A program made the position numbers and the translations under genes. DNA of 51,160 bases from an uncultured Clostridia bacterium (GTDB lineage Bacteria > Bacillota > Clostridia > Christensenellales > CAG-917): the NCBI GenBank assembly GCA_947165815.1, contig CAMVBZ010000003.1, positions 1 through 51,160 on the forward strand, in the 5' to 3' direction. Each line of letters opens with the position of its first letter. The first letter of the stretch is position 1. The notes beneath the pieces were generated by a model. The model had not been told where the DNA came from and did no database searches. It saw nothing but the letters and a program-made list of their open reading frames with translations. Shown piece after piece: positions 10,267-20,147 of the stretch.

Positions 10267-11870
10267 TGGCAATTAAATTTGTAGAAGAATTTGAAAGACT
10301 TACTGATGGTCAATTCCCAATGTTGAAACTTCATTCAGCAGATTATAAGTTTGATCAAAACAGTAATACTTCAACACTAGAAGTTAAATTCATCATTTCA
10401 GCATACGAGTTAAAACTATTCACAGAAGATCAAAAACAAAAAGTTGAAGCTGTAGTTGCAAAGATGTTCAATGGTGTAGATACTAAAGTTTCATTTATTA
10501 GAACTTTTGCAGATGAAATGGTAGTAAAAAACAAAGTGCTTGAATTTTTAAATTCAAGAAATGCATTCTTACTTAATAGTATTACAGAAGATAACCTTAA
10601 AATTGATGTAGATGATGAGACAATTAAAATAGAGTTTATTTTTGATACTCCAATTTATCTCATGCTTAGCAATAATCAATTCTTGGAACCATTTAAAGAT
10701 TTCTTAAATATGAATTTCAACCAAGAAATAGAAATCATTTTAACAGAGAAGAAAGATATGCAAGTGTCTGAATATACACCAAGACTTATTCAAACCACAG
10801 ATGATATTGGATTAATCAAGATTTCTGGTCTTTCTATGGTATATGGAAGAAGAGGAGTAAAGACTATTTCAGAGATGCCATCATACATAGCAAACCTTAA
10901 AGATGCAGGTCAAAACTGTTGTGTTTGTGGAAAAGTTTCTGAGTTCTATATTAAAGAGTATAAGAACAAAAAGTATGATTCTAACGACCCCAAATCAGGT
11001 CCGGAGATGAAAAAACTCATATCATTTAACATCTCAGATACCACAGGGAGAATCAATTGTGTAGCATTCCCAGAAGAAAAAGATGTTGTATGTTTTACAC
11101 TAATTAAAGATGGGGATGAAGTTATTGTTAAGGGAAAGACTCAAGCAGATTGGAAGAACGCAGATAAGATAACTGTTTCAGTAGATGCAGTTGCAAGATG
11201 CACTATAGATTATTCCTCAATTAAATTCAAAACATTCAAAGATTTACCTTTAGAATATTCTTGCGTATCTCCAGAACCATATGAAGATGGTCCATTCTCA
11301 GTTGCTACAACTTTACTAGAACCACAAAGTATGGATATCCCAACTTTGCTCAAGGATAAAACATACGTAGTATTTGACCTTGAAACAACAGGTATAGATC
11401 CAGCAAGTGATGATATAATTGAAATAGCTGCTTGCAAGATGATAAATGGACAAATTACAGAAACATTCCAAACACTTGTAAGACCAACAAAGAGAATTCC
11501 ACGTGAGGTAGAAGAGCTAACTCATATAACAAATGAAATGGTTCAATACTGCCAACCAATATCAAAGATATTGCCAGACTTCTTATTGTTCTGTGGAGAC
11601 AATGTTTTAGTAGGTCATAATATTGCAGGTTTTGATTATCTATTCATAGAAAGAATGGCAAAACAATATAAATACAAGTTCAACAACGAAACAATAGATA
11701 CACTAATTAAAGCAAAAGAACTTCTTCCAAATAGAAAAGTTTATAAGCTTACAGATATTTCTGCAGATTATGGTATTTCACATAAGGATGCACATAGAGC
11801 TTTATCAGATGTTTTAGCTACTGCTGAACTCTTAAAAATCCTTGCTGTAGAGATGGATAAAAGAAAATAA
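10266..11870 (+). CDS. PolC-derived protein: N-terminal region, OB fold and DEDDh 3'-5' exonuclease, without PHP or polymerase domains
   Basis: Occupies the polC position between ispG and rimP. OB-like segment (VCGKV...LISFNISDTTGRINCVAF...DGDEVIVKGK). Exo I VVFDLETTG, Exo II GHNIAGFD, Exo III HRALSD. Only 534 aa. Confidence 0.85.
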   Translation: MAIKFVEEFERLTDGQFPMLKLHSADYKFDQNSNTSTLEVKFIISAYELKLFTEDQKQKVEAVVAKMFNGVDTKVSFIRTFADEMVVKNKVLEFLNSRNAFLLNSITEDNLKIDVDDETIKIEFIFDTPIYLMLSNNQFLEPFKDFLNMNFNQEIEIILTEKKDMQVSEYTPRLIQTTDDIGLIKISGLSMVYGRRGVKTISEMPSYIANLKDAGQNCCVCGKVSEFYIKEYKNKKYDSNDPKSGPEMKKLISFNISDTTGRINCVAFPEEKDVVCFTLIKDGDEVIVKGKTQADWKNADKITVSVDAVARCTIDYSSIKFKTFKDLPLEYSCVSPEPYEDGPFSVATTLLEPQSMDIPTLLKDKTYVVFDLETTGIDPASDDIIEIAACKMINGQITETFQTLVRPTKRIPREVEELTHITNEMVQYCQPISKILPDFLLFCGDNVLVGHNIAGFDYLFIERMAKQYKYKFNNETIDTLIKAKELLPNRKVYKLTDISADYGISHKDAHRALSDVLATAELLKILAVEMDKRK

Positions 11871-11894
11871 TTATTAAATATTATATAATTTTAG

Positions 11895-11923
11895 TTGCTT
11901 ATTTATAAAATAAACATTAAAAT
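11895..11923 (+). promoter_or_regulatory. Sigma-A promoter of the rimP-nusA-infB operon
   Basis: TTGCTT, 17 bp spacer, TAAAAT. Confidence 0.55.
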
Positions 11924-11949
11924 ACACACATCATGAATATGTTATTCTT

Positions 11950-11975
11950 GAGTGAGCCGGAAACGACTCACTCTT
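11950..11975 (+). promoter_or_regulatory. rimP leader hairpin
   Basis: GAGTGAG-c-CG-GAAA-CG-a-CTCACTC-TT, matching the GAGTGRG...CYCACTCTT hairpin commonly seen before rimP in Firmicutes. Confidence 0.7.
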
Positions 11976-11999
11976 ATTATGTAAAGGAACGTATAAAAA

Positions 12000-12494
12000 A
12001 TGAAAGAAACATACAACGCACAATTTCCAATAAGAGAAGATGTAAGAGTGGCCGTTAATGAGGTTATTTGCAGAATAGCACAAACCAACGGTTATGAAGT
12101 AGTTGAAATAAAATATTTCAAAGAATACAAGAAATGCTCTTTAACAGTCTATGTTTGGAAGAAAGGTGGAATTCAAATAGATGATTTAGAAGTTGTACAC
12201 CAAGCAATATCAGATGAATTAGATTTATATGAGAGTGATTTTCCAAGTGAATACCAACTCAATATCTCGTCTCCAGGTTTAGATAGAGAAATAGAAGATG
12301 AAGATGATTATAGAAGAAATCTTGGTGAAGTCATTGAAATAACTTATGACAACAATGGTAAAAAAGCAAAAACACACGGAGAATTGGCTGCATATACAGA
12401 TGAAGATGTAACAATTTTATGTGGAAAAGATAAAAAAGAAACAAAAATAAATAAAACAAAAATAAATAAAGTATTTCCGTACATTGAGTTTTAG
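12000..12494 (+). CDS. rimP: Ribosome maturation factor RimP
   Basis: ISDELD and YQLNISSPGLDR motifs; first gene of the nusA operon. Confidence 0.93.
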   Translation: MKETYNAQFPIREDVRVAVNEVICRIAQTNGYEVVEIKYFKEYKKCSLTVYVWKKGGIQIDDLEVVHQAISDELDLYESDFPSEYQLNISSPGLDREIEDEDDYRRNLGEVIEITYDNNGKKAKTHGELAAYTDEDVTILCGKDKKETKINKTKINKVFPYIEF

Positions 12495-12506
12495 AGGAGG
12501 AAAACA

Positions 12507-13649
12507 ATGGCAAGAAAAAAGAAAGTAGAAGAAAAGAAAGAAGCAGTGCTTGACGTTCAAGCATTATTCCAAGCAGCAAAAGAAATCGAGACCGAATATA
12601 AAATCGATCAAGAAAAGTTAAAAGAAATCCTTGCATCAAGCTTCCAAGCAGCATACAAGAAGGACAATGGTGAATCCTTACGTATCGCTATCGTTATGAA
12701 TGAGGAAAAACAAACATTATCCGTTTATTCATATCGTGATGTAGTTGAAAACATCGAAGATGAAGAAAAACAAATTTGCTTAGATGAAGCAAATGAATAT
12801 GGTGCAAAATTAAACCCACCAAAGGTTTACAATGTTGGTGATGTATTACTTCAAGAAATTCACCCAGAGAAATTCTCAAGAAGTGCATCTGCAGTTGCAA
12901 TCCAACTCATTCGTTCTAAGATCCAAGAAACAAGAACAAACTATATCTTAAATGAAATGAGCACAAAGAAAGGAACAATCATGAACTCTGTTATCAGAAG
13001 AAAAGAAGGTCCAGTAGTTTATGTAGACTTCCCAGAACAACAACTTGAAGGTGTTTTATTACCAGCAGACCAAATCAAGAACGAAAGATATAACGTTGGT
13101 GATGTTCTCAAAGTTTATATTAAGAATATAAAAGAAGCTACAGGTAAGAACTCTGGTGCACAAATCATCGTTTCTAGATCAGCAGCCGGCTATGTTAGAG
13201 CATTAATGATGAACGACATTCCTGAAATTAGAGTAGGACTTGTTAAGATTCACAACATAGTTCGTGAAGGTGGCGGAAGAACAAAGATTGCTGTTTACTC
13301 AGAAGATCCTAATATTGATGCAGTTTCAGCATGTATCGGACCAAAGGGTGTTCGTATTAATGAAATCGTATCAGATATCGGTGGCGAAAAAGTTGATATC
13401 ATCGAATATACAGATGATCCAAATGAATTCATCTTCAGAGCATTATCTCCAGCACAACCATTAGTTGTTTCTGTAGATCAAGATGAAAAGACAGCAAAAG
13501 TTATCGTAGCAGATGAAAAACTTTCTCTTGCTATTGGTAGAAATGGTCAAAACGCTAGACTCGCTGCAAAATTAACAGGATATAAGATTGATGTTAAACC
13601 ATATTCATCAACTCTTGAAAACAATGCAGACGAATCTAAGGGAGAATAA
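12507..13649 (+). CDS. nusA: Transcription termination/antitermination factor NusA
   Basis: S1 and KH motifs: VREGGGRTKIAV, ACIGPKGVRI, LSLAIGRNGQNARLAAKLTGYKIDV. Confidence 0.97.
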   Translation: MARKKKVEEKKEAVLDVQALFQAAKEIETEYKIDQEKLKEILASSFQAAYKKDNGESLRIAIVMNEEKQTLSVYSYRDVVENIEDEEKQICLDEANEYGAKLNPPKVYNVGDVLLQEIHPEKFSRSASAVAIQLIRSKIQETRTNYILNEMSTKKGTIMNSVIRRKEGPVVYVDFPEQQLEGVLLPADQIKNERYNVGDVLKVYIKNIKEATGKNSGAQIIVSRSAAGYVRALMMNDIPEIRVGLVKIHNIVREGGGRTKIAVYSEDPNIDAVSACIGPKGVRINEIVSDIGGEKVDIIEYTDDPNEFIFRALSPAQPLVVSVDQDEKTAKVIVADEKLSLAIGRNGQNARLAAKLTGYKIDVKPYSSTLENNADESKGE

Positions 13650-13659
13650 TTATTAATTA

Positions 13660-13920
13660 ATGAGAAACAAAGCCTTTACTAGACAATGTTGTGCATGTAG
13701 ATGCCACAAAGATAAATCTGAATTAATACGTCTTGTTGCAATAGATGGTGAAGTTGTAATAGATGTAAATTCAAATATTCAAGGTAGAGGTGTATATATT
13801 TGCAAAGATGCAAATTGTATCAAGATTGCAAAAAAGAAGAACATTATTAATAAATCTCTTAAAACAGTAAACAATATGGATATTTATGACAAAGTCATAA
13901 CATTAATAGAAAATGAATAG
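13660..13920 (+). CDS. ylxR: YlxR (RnpM) family RNA-binding protein
   Basis: RQCCACR...KSELIRLV...GRGVYIC; follows nusA. Confidence 0.9.
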   Translation: MRNKAFTRQCCACRCHKDKSELIRLVAIDGEVVIDVNSNIQGRGVYICKDANCIKIAKKKNIINKSLKTVNNMDIYDKVITLIENE

Positions 13921-14194
13921 ACAAAAGATTACAACATTAATAGGTTTTGCCATAAAATCAAGAAATATTGTTTTTGGTGAAGATCAAATAAAGTCCTTAA
14001 CTAAACAAGCATTAGTAATAATAGACTCTTCTTCATCAGAGAAATACATAGAAAGAGTAAAAAGATTCGCAAGAACAAACGAAGTAATAATTATGGATGA
14101 ATTATCATCATTAACAAATAGAGATAATGTTCATTCAATAGCAATTTTAGATATGAATCTAGCAAATGGAATTAAGGAAAGCTTAGATAATTAA
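13913..14194 (+). CDS. L7Ae/YlxQ-like RNA-binding protein
   Basis: LIGFAIKSRNIVFGED...AILDMNLA; lies between ylxR and infB. Confidence 0.8.
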   Translation: MNRQKITTLIGFAIKSRNIVFGEDQIKSLTKQALVIIDSSSSEKYIERVKRFARTNEVIIMDELSSLTNRDNVHSIAILDMNLANGIKESLDN

Positions 14195-14206
14195 TAGGAG
14201 AATTAA

Positions 14207-16963
14207 ATGGCTGAAAACAATAACAACATAATTGAAGAAATTAAAAATTCAATTGAAAAATTGGAAAAAATAAAAGAAAAAATTGCTGAAGCTAAAACTA
14301 AACTTACAACTATCATCGGTAAGCATAATGATAAATTGGCCGAATTAAAGGAAAAAGAGGAACTTCAAAGAGCAGTAGCAGAAGCTATGGCTAAAGAACA
14401 AGAAGAAGCCGAAAGAAAGAAAGCCGAAGAAGAAAAACTTGCTGAAGAGGAAGCTGCTAAAAAGGCTCAAGAAGAAACTAAAGTTGAAGAAGAGCCAAAA
14501 GCAGAAGAAAAAGAAGAAGTAGTTGAAGATCAACCGAAGGTTGAAGAACCAGTTCAAGAAGAACAACCAAAAGTTGAAGAACCAGTCCAAGAAGAACCTA
14601 AGGCTGAAGAAAAGAAGGAAGAGGAAAAAGTAGAAGAAGCAACTAAAGAAGAAAAACCTCAAACTGAAGAGAAAAATAAAGACACTTCTAAGAAAGGAAA
14701 CGAAAACCAACAACAAAAAGGTCCAGCAAAACAAGAATACGAAATCATTTCTGTTAATGGAAATATCGCTACAGTTCGTATGGCAGATGGTACAGAAAAG
14801 AGAATCTTTATTGCTCAAAAACAAGAAAAGCAAGAAAAGACAACAAAAACTGAGAATAAGACCATCACTAGAACATTTGGACCAAATGATGGTAAACGTG
14901 GTCCTAAACCAGCACCTCAAGATGGTAATAAGACTAGACCAACTCAAAAACCAGGCCAAGGTTCAACAGTTCCTGTAAATTATCCTCCAAAGATCGAAGA
15001 TAATAAGAAAGGAAAGAAGAACAAATTTAGTGGTGAAGAAAAAACCATTAAGAATGAAAAGGAAAAACTTAGAAAAGGTTACGTTGTAGATACAAAACAC
15101 CGTGGAAACTATGACTATGATGATGAGGATGAAAACGGATATGTAAAACAAAGAAAGGTTAAACACCAATCCGAATCAGTAGAGAAAAAGGCAGACAATA
15201 CTCCTCAAAGCTGCGTTATTACTACTGAAATCGTCCCAATTAAGACATTAAGTTCCAAGACAGGTATCGCTGCAGCTGAAATCATTAAGAAGTTATTCAT
15301 GCTTGGTATGATGAAGACAATTAATGACAATATCGATATCGAAACTGCACAACTTATCGCAACAGAATTCAATATTAATATTGAATATAAACCAGAAATC
15401 ACAACTGAATCTATTCTTTCATCACAACAAGAAAACGATGATATCGAAGAATTAGACAAGCTTCAACCAAGACCACCAATCATTACCGTTATGGGACACG
15501 TAGACCATGGTAAGACTTCATTATTAGACTACATTAGAAAAGCTAATGTTGCTAGCAAGGAAGCAGGTGGTATTACACAAGCAATTGGTGCTTATACAGT
15601 TAAAGTAGATGACAACATCGTAACATTTATCGATACACCAGGACACGAAGCTTTCACAGCTATGAGAGCAAGAGGTAGCCAAGTAACAGATATAGCAATT
15701 CTTGTAGTTGCTGCAGATGACGGTATAATGCCTCAAACAATAGAATCTATTAACCATGCAAAGAACGCAGGCGTAAGAATGATCGTTGCTCTTAATAAGA
15801 TGGATAGACCAGGTGCAAATCCAGATAGAGTATTACAACAACTTTCTGCAAATGATGTACAACCAGCAGAATGGGGCGGCCAAGTTCCAGTTGTAAGAGT
15901 TTCTGCAAAGACTGGTTTAGGTATAGATGAATTACTTGAAACAATTACACTTGTTGCAGATGATATGAACCTCGAAGCTAACCCAGATAGACGTGCAACT
16001 GGTACAGTTATTGAATCCAGATTGGATAAAGGTAAAGGTCCTATCGCAACTATCTTAGTACAAAAAGGTACTCTAAAAGTTGGAGACTACGTAGTAGCAG
16101 GTACAGTTTATGGTAAAATTAGATCCATGACAGACGATAAGAACAAGGCTGTTAAGAGTGCAGGACCAAGTATTCCAGTATCCGTTGCAGGATTTATGGA
16201 AGTTCCAGCAGCTGGTGATCCAATTATCGTTGTTGAAAACGAAAGATTTGCTAAAGAACTTATCGAAGAAAGAAGAAATAAACTTAATAAACAAGCAGAA
16301 TCTTCTGGCGCAACATCTCTTGCAGACGTATTCGCAAAGATTAAAGCAGGTGAGTTAAAGAGCTTGAAACTTATTGTTAAGGCAGACGTACAAGGTTCTG
16401 TAGAAGCAGTTTGTTCATCATTACAAACTCTTGGAAACGATGAAGTTAAAGTTGAAATTATCCACAAAGCAGTTGGTGCTATTACAGATAATGATATCAA
16501 CCTCGCTATTACAGCAAAGGCTATTATTATTGGATTCAATCTTAACATTACAGATGCTCAAATTAATAATGCAGCAAAAATTGGTGCAGAAATTAAGAGA
16601 TATGATGTTATCTATGATGCAATTAATGATATCGAACTCGCAGTTAAGGGTATGCTTGCTCCTAAGTTTAAAGAAATTGTTAACGGACAAGCTGAAGTTA
16701 GACAAATCTTCAAGATTACTGGTGCAGGTAATATTGCTGGTTCACACGTTATTAATGGTCTCATTGCTAGAGGAAGCAGAGCTAGAGTCATTAGAAATAA
16801 TGAAACTATCGTTCATACAAAGGTTGCATCCTTAAAGCACAACAAAGATGATGTTAAGGAAATCAAGGAAGGTTGGGACTGTGGTATCCAATTATTAAAC
16901 TTCCAAGACATAGAAGTTGGAGATATTATTGAGTCATACACAGAAGAGGAAGTAAGAGACTAA
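14207..16963 (+). CDS. infB: Translation initiation factor IF-2
   Basis: RPPIITVMGHVDHGKTSLLD, EAGGITQ, DTPGHEAF, NKMD and KADVQGS motifs; long charged N-terminus. Confidence 0.99.
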   Translation: MAENNNNIIEEIKNSIEKLEKIKEKIAEAKTKLTTIIGKHNDKLAELKEKEELQRAVAEAMAKEQEEAERKKAEEEKLAEEEAAKKAQEETKVEEEPKAEEKEEVVEDQPKVEEPVQEEQPKVEEPVQEEPKAEEKKEEEKVEEATKEEKPQTEEKNKDTSKKGNENQQQKGPAKQEYEIISVNGNIATVRMADGTEKRIFIAQKQEKQEKTTKTENKTITRTFGPNDGKRGPKPAPQDGNKTRPTQKPGQGSTVPVNYPPKIEDNKKGKKNKFSGEEKTIKNEKEKLRKGYVVDTKHRGNYDYDDEDENGYVKQRKVKHQSESVEKKADNTPQSCVITTEIVPIKTLSSKTGIAAAEIIKKLFMLGMMKTINDNIDIETAQLIATEFNINIEYKPEITTESILSSQQENDDIEELDKLQPRPPIITVMGHVDHGKTSLLDYIRKANVASKEAGGITQAIGAYTVKVDDNIVTFIDTPGHEAFTAMRARGSQVTDIAILVVAADDGIMPQTIESINHAKNAGVRMIVALNKMDRPGANPDRVLQQLSANDVQPAEWGGQVPVVRVSAKTGLGIDELLETITLVADDMNLEANPDRRATGTVIESRLDKGKGPIATILVQKGTLKVGDYVVAGTVYGKIRSMTDDKNKAVKSAGPSIPVSVAGFMEVPAAGDPIIVVENERFAKELIEERRNKLNKQAESSGATSLADVFAKIKAGELKSLKLIVKADVQGSVEAVCSSLQTLGNDEVKVEIIHKAVGAITDNDINLAITAKAIIIGFNLNITDAQINNAAKIGAEIKRYDVIYDAINDIELAVKGMLAPKFKEIVNGQAEVRQIFKITGAGNIAGSHVINGLIARGSRARVIRNNETIVHTKVASLKHNKDDVKEIKEGWDCGIQLLNFQDIEVGDIIESYTEEEVRD
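14531..14596 (+). repeat. 33-bp tandem repeat (2 copies) in the infB 5' region
   Basis: CAACCGAAGGTTGAAGAACCAGTTCAAGAAGAA followed by CAACCAAAAGTTGAAGAACCAGTCCAAGAAGAA, both encoding QPKVEEPVQEE. Confidence 0.85.
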
Positions 16964-16964
16964 T

Positions 16965-17348
16965 ATGAATGTTAAAGTAGATAGAATTAATTCTGAATTA
17001 CAAAGACAAATCTCTATAATAATATCAGAAGATATTAAAGATCCTAGAATTGGTACTGCAATCATTACAGTTACCAAAGTTAAGACCACTCCAGATTTAA
17101 AGTTTGCCAAGGTTTACGTTAGCGTTTATACAAAGGACAATAACAAAGAACAACAAAAGGAATCCTATGATACCGTAGTCCGTTCAGCATTGTTCATTCG
17201 TAACGAACTTAAAGGCAGAGTAAAGATGAGAAATATCCCAGAGTTACATTTTGTATTAGATACAGTTGAGGAAGAAGGATCCAAAATTGATGAAATTTTG
17301 AAAACTTTGGTTATTCCTCCTGCGCCACAAGAGGATGAGGATAAATAA
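16965..17348 (+). CDS. rbfA: Ribosome-binding factor A
   Basis: IKDPRI, TPDLKFAKVYVS and PELHFVLD motifs. Confidence 0.97.
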   Translation: MNVKVDRINSELQRQISIIISEDIKDPRIGTAIITVTKVKTTPDLKFAKVYVSVYTKDNNKEQQKESYDTVVRSALFIRNELKGRVKMRNIPELHFVLDTVEEEGSKIDEILKTLVIPPAPQEDEDK

Positions 17349-18349
17349 TGGAAACAAAGAAGAATATTTTCAAAACAGCAGAAAATTATGAAAAAGAGAA
17401 GTTCTATATCATTAAAAAAGAGATAGAAAAAGCTCAAAAGATTTCTGTTTTTATCCACATTAATCCAGATGGAGACTGTATTGGAAGTGGACTTGCTCTT
17501 TGTAGACAACTAAATAAGATGGGAAAAACTGCTTTTGTCTACTGCGATGACGAGCTTCCAGAAAAATTTGGTTATCTTCCATTCAAAGAATACATCAAAA
17601 AAACAAGTGAACATACAGATAAAGCAGATTTGGCTATTTCTGTAGATATTGCTGCATTGGATAGAATTGGTATGGGAATCTCTCCATATATGGCTGCAAA
17701 AAAACAAATTATGATAGACCACCATATTTCTCGTGGAAAGTTTGCAGATATAGCATATATAGATTCTCATTCAGCAGCATGTGGAGAAATCATTTATAGA
17801 TTTATTCATTATCTTAAAGGAATGGATGACGATATCGCTGCTATGTTATTCACAGCTATTGTAACAGATACAGGATGTTTTCAATTCTCTAATACAACAA
17901 ACCAAACTCTAGCAATAATCCAAGAATTAAGAAAATTCAAGATTAACCCACAACAGATTATATATAGTGCATTCTCAAGCATAAGCTTGAAGGTATTTAA
18001 TCTCAAGCAAAGAATTCTAAGTAAAATCAAATTCTATGACGACAACACCATTGGAATTATTACATTTAGAAATGAAGATTTTGAAGCAACAGGAACCAAT
18101 ACAAATAACACAGAAGGTATCATTTCTGAAGTTAGAAACATAAGAGGAGTTAAGGTTGCTATCTCTATTTGCGAAATGGGCAATCTTTCTTGGAAGATTA
18201 GCTTTAGAGCAGTAGAAGACATAGATTGCTCTGGCATTGCTGCCGTATTCGGTGGTGGTGGACATAGAGGAGCATCTGGATGCAGAATCTCTGGATACTA
18301 TGAAGATGTAGTAGATAGACTTCTAAAAGCAACAAGAGATTATATGTAA
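17348..18349 (+). CDS. nrnA: DHH/DHHA1 phosphoesterase (NrnA-like oligoribonuclease/pAp phosphatase)
   Basis: HINPDGDC, IDHH, TDTGCF and GGGGH motifs; lies between rbfA and truB. Confidence 0.9.
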   Translation: METKKNIFKTAENYEKEKFYIIKKEIEKAQKISVFIHINPDGDCIGSGLALCRQLNKMGKTAFVYCDDELPEKFGYLPFKEYIKKTSEHTDKADLAISVDIAALDRIGMGISPYMAAKKQIMIDHHISRGKFADIAYIDSHSAACGEIIYRFIHYLKGMDDDIAAMLFTAIVTDTGCFQFSNTTNQTLAIIQELRKFKINPQQIIYSAFSSISLKVFNLKQRILSKIKFYDDNTIGIITFRNEDFEATGTNTNNTEGIISEVRNIRGVKVAISICEMGNLSWKISFRAVEDIDCSGIAAVFGGGGHRGASGCRISGYYEDVVDRLLKATRDYM

Positions 18350-19233
18350 TGGAATTAAACGGGTTCGTAAATGTATATAAGCCAAAAGGGATGACCTCAA
18401 ATAATGCCGTTGTAAAGGTTAGAGGCATCTATAAAAGATATACTGGAAACAAGAATATCAAAGTTGGTCATGTAGGAACCCTAGATCCAAATGTAGATGG
18501 AGTATTGCTAATTGCCATAGGCAAAGCAGCAAGATTATTCCAAATACTTGGAGCAAAAACTAAAATATATATTGCAGCATTCACCTTTGGTGAAACAACT
18601 GAAACGTTAGATACAGAAGGTGAAATTATAGAAAGAGGTGGAAAGATTCCTACTAAGGAAGAAATATTAAATACTATTCCTCAGTTTGAAGGTGAAATAG
18701 ACCAAGTACCACCAGGACTTTCTGCAATAAATATAAATGGTGTAAAAGCTTATAAATTAGTTAGACACGGCCAAACACCAGAAATACCAAGTAGAAAAGT
18801 TTATATAGAATATATAAAACTACTTGAACAAATAAACGAAAACACATATTCATTTGAAATCAAGTGTGCAGGAGGAACATATATTCGTTCACTTGCAAGA
18901 GATTTCGCAAAGGCACTAGGCACGGTTGGATATATGTCTAATCTTAAGAGAACAAAGGTTGGAGAGTTTGATATAAGCGAAACTGTAACTTTTGATGAAC
19001 TCAATGCTGAGCCTGAAAAATATGTAATAAGTGTTGATGATGCAATGAAAAGATTTGATATTCCAGAAGTTGAATTGCCAGAAAATATTGCAACTCATTG
19101 CTTAAATGGAATACCAGAAAAGTGTGACAACTTACCAGATGGATTGTTTTTGGTTCGTTATCAAGGATACCTTATATCTTTAGGATATAAGAGTGAAGAT
19201 GGAAAATTAGTATTAAAGGAACGAGTAAGATGA
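18349..19233 (+). CDS. truB: tRNA pseudouridine(55) synthase
   Basis: KPKGMTS, KVGHVGTLDP and GTYIRSLARD motifs. Confidence 0.97.
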   Translation: MELNGFVNVYKPKGMTSNNAVVKVRGIYKRYTGNKNIKVGHVGTLDPNVDGVLLIAIGKAARLFQILGAKTKIYIAAFTFGETTETLDTEGEIIERGGKIPTKEEILNTIPQFEGEIDQVPPGLSAININGVKAYKLVRHGQTPEIPSRKVYIEYIKLLEQINENTYSFEIKCAGGTYIRSLARDFAKALGTVGYMSNLKRTKVGEFDISETVTFDELNAEPEKYVISVDDAMKRFDIPEVELPENIATHCLNGIPEKCDNLPDGLFLVRYQGYLISLGYKSEDGKLVLKERVR

Positions 19234-20138
19234 ATGTTCTTAAATTTGAAACTAAATATGATAAGCCAATAGTCCTAGCACTAGGATTCTTCGATTGTCT
19301 TCACATTGGGCACAAATCTTTATTAGATGAAGCAAAATTAATAGCCAAGGAAAAAGGCTATGAGAGTGCTATTTTAACTTTTGATAATGATATAAACATC
19401 ACATTTGGAACAAAAGAAAGACAAATATACACAATCAAAGAGAGAATTGAGGCTGCTCAAAACTATGGTATGGACAATATGATAGTTGCAACTATGGATC
19501 CATTATTTGCATCACTTCCAGGGAATATTTTCTTAGACAGACTTGCAAGAACCTTTAATATTAAGACAATTATTGTTGGAAAAGACTATAGATGTGGAAG
19601 AAATGCAGAGTTTGGAGTAGATGAAATAAAAAAAGTTCTACAAGAAAAGCATATTTCATTTAAAGTTATGCCATTTGTAACAAAGAACGGAAGTAAAGTT
19701 GCATCTACAAAAATCAAAACCTTCATTAAAAAGGGAGAAATGGAACTTGTTAATAATTTATTAACAGAGAACTATTTTATAGTTGGAAAAGTAGACCATG
19801 ACGAAGGAAGAGGAAGATTCTTAGGATTCCCAACAGCAAATATTCCATTTGAAGAAGATAGACTCAAATTAAGTGAAGGTGTATATCTAACATCTGTAAT
19901 TATAAATAAAAACAGATATTATTCCATAACCAATGTTGGAAAGAAACCAACATTTGGAAACAATAATTACACAATTGAAACAAATTTATTGAATTTTAGT
20001 GGAGATTTATACGGAAAAGACATTAAATTAATCTTCTATAAGAAGATAAGGAACATAATTAAGTTCAAAAATGTCCCAGATCTCCAAAAACAAATAGAAA
20101 AAGATAGACAAGAAGCTATAACTTATTTCAATTTATAA
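19230..20138 (+). CDS. ribF: Bifunctional riboflavin kinase / FAD synthetase
   Basis: LGFFDCLHIGH, GRGRFLGFPTAN and NVGKKPTF motifs. Confidence 0.96.
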   Translation: MNVLKFETKYDKPIVLALGFFDCLHIGHKSLLDEAKLIAKEKGYESAILTFDNDINITFGTKERQIYTIKERIEAAQNYGMDNMIVATMDPLFASLPGNIFLDRLARTFNIKTIIVGKDYRCGRNAEFGVDEIKKVLQEKHISFKVMPFVTKNGSKVASTKIKTFIKKGEMELVNNLLTENYFIVGKVDHDEGRGRFLGFPTANIPFEEDRLKLSEGVYLTSVIINKNRYYSITNVGKKPTFGNNNYTIETNLLNFSGDLYGKDIKLIFYKKIRNIIKFKNVPDLQKQIEKDRQEAITYFNL

Positions 20139-20147
20139 GAGGTGAAC

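Noticed and set aside
10266-11870. polC pseudogene interpretation
   Set aside because: The frame is open, all exonuclease catalytic motifs are intact, the PHP segment is cleanly absent, and no polymerase remnant follows the stop.
14345-14959. 204-aa Phe/Leu-rich ORF antisense to infB
   Set aside because: It is the mirror of GAA/AAA-rich codons in the IF-2 low-complexity region, with no independent coding signal.
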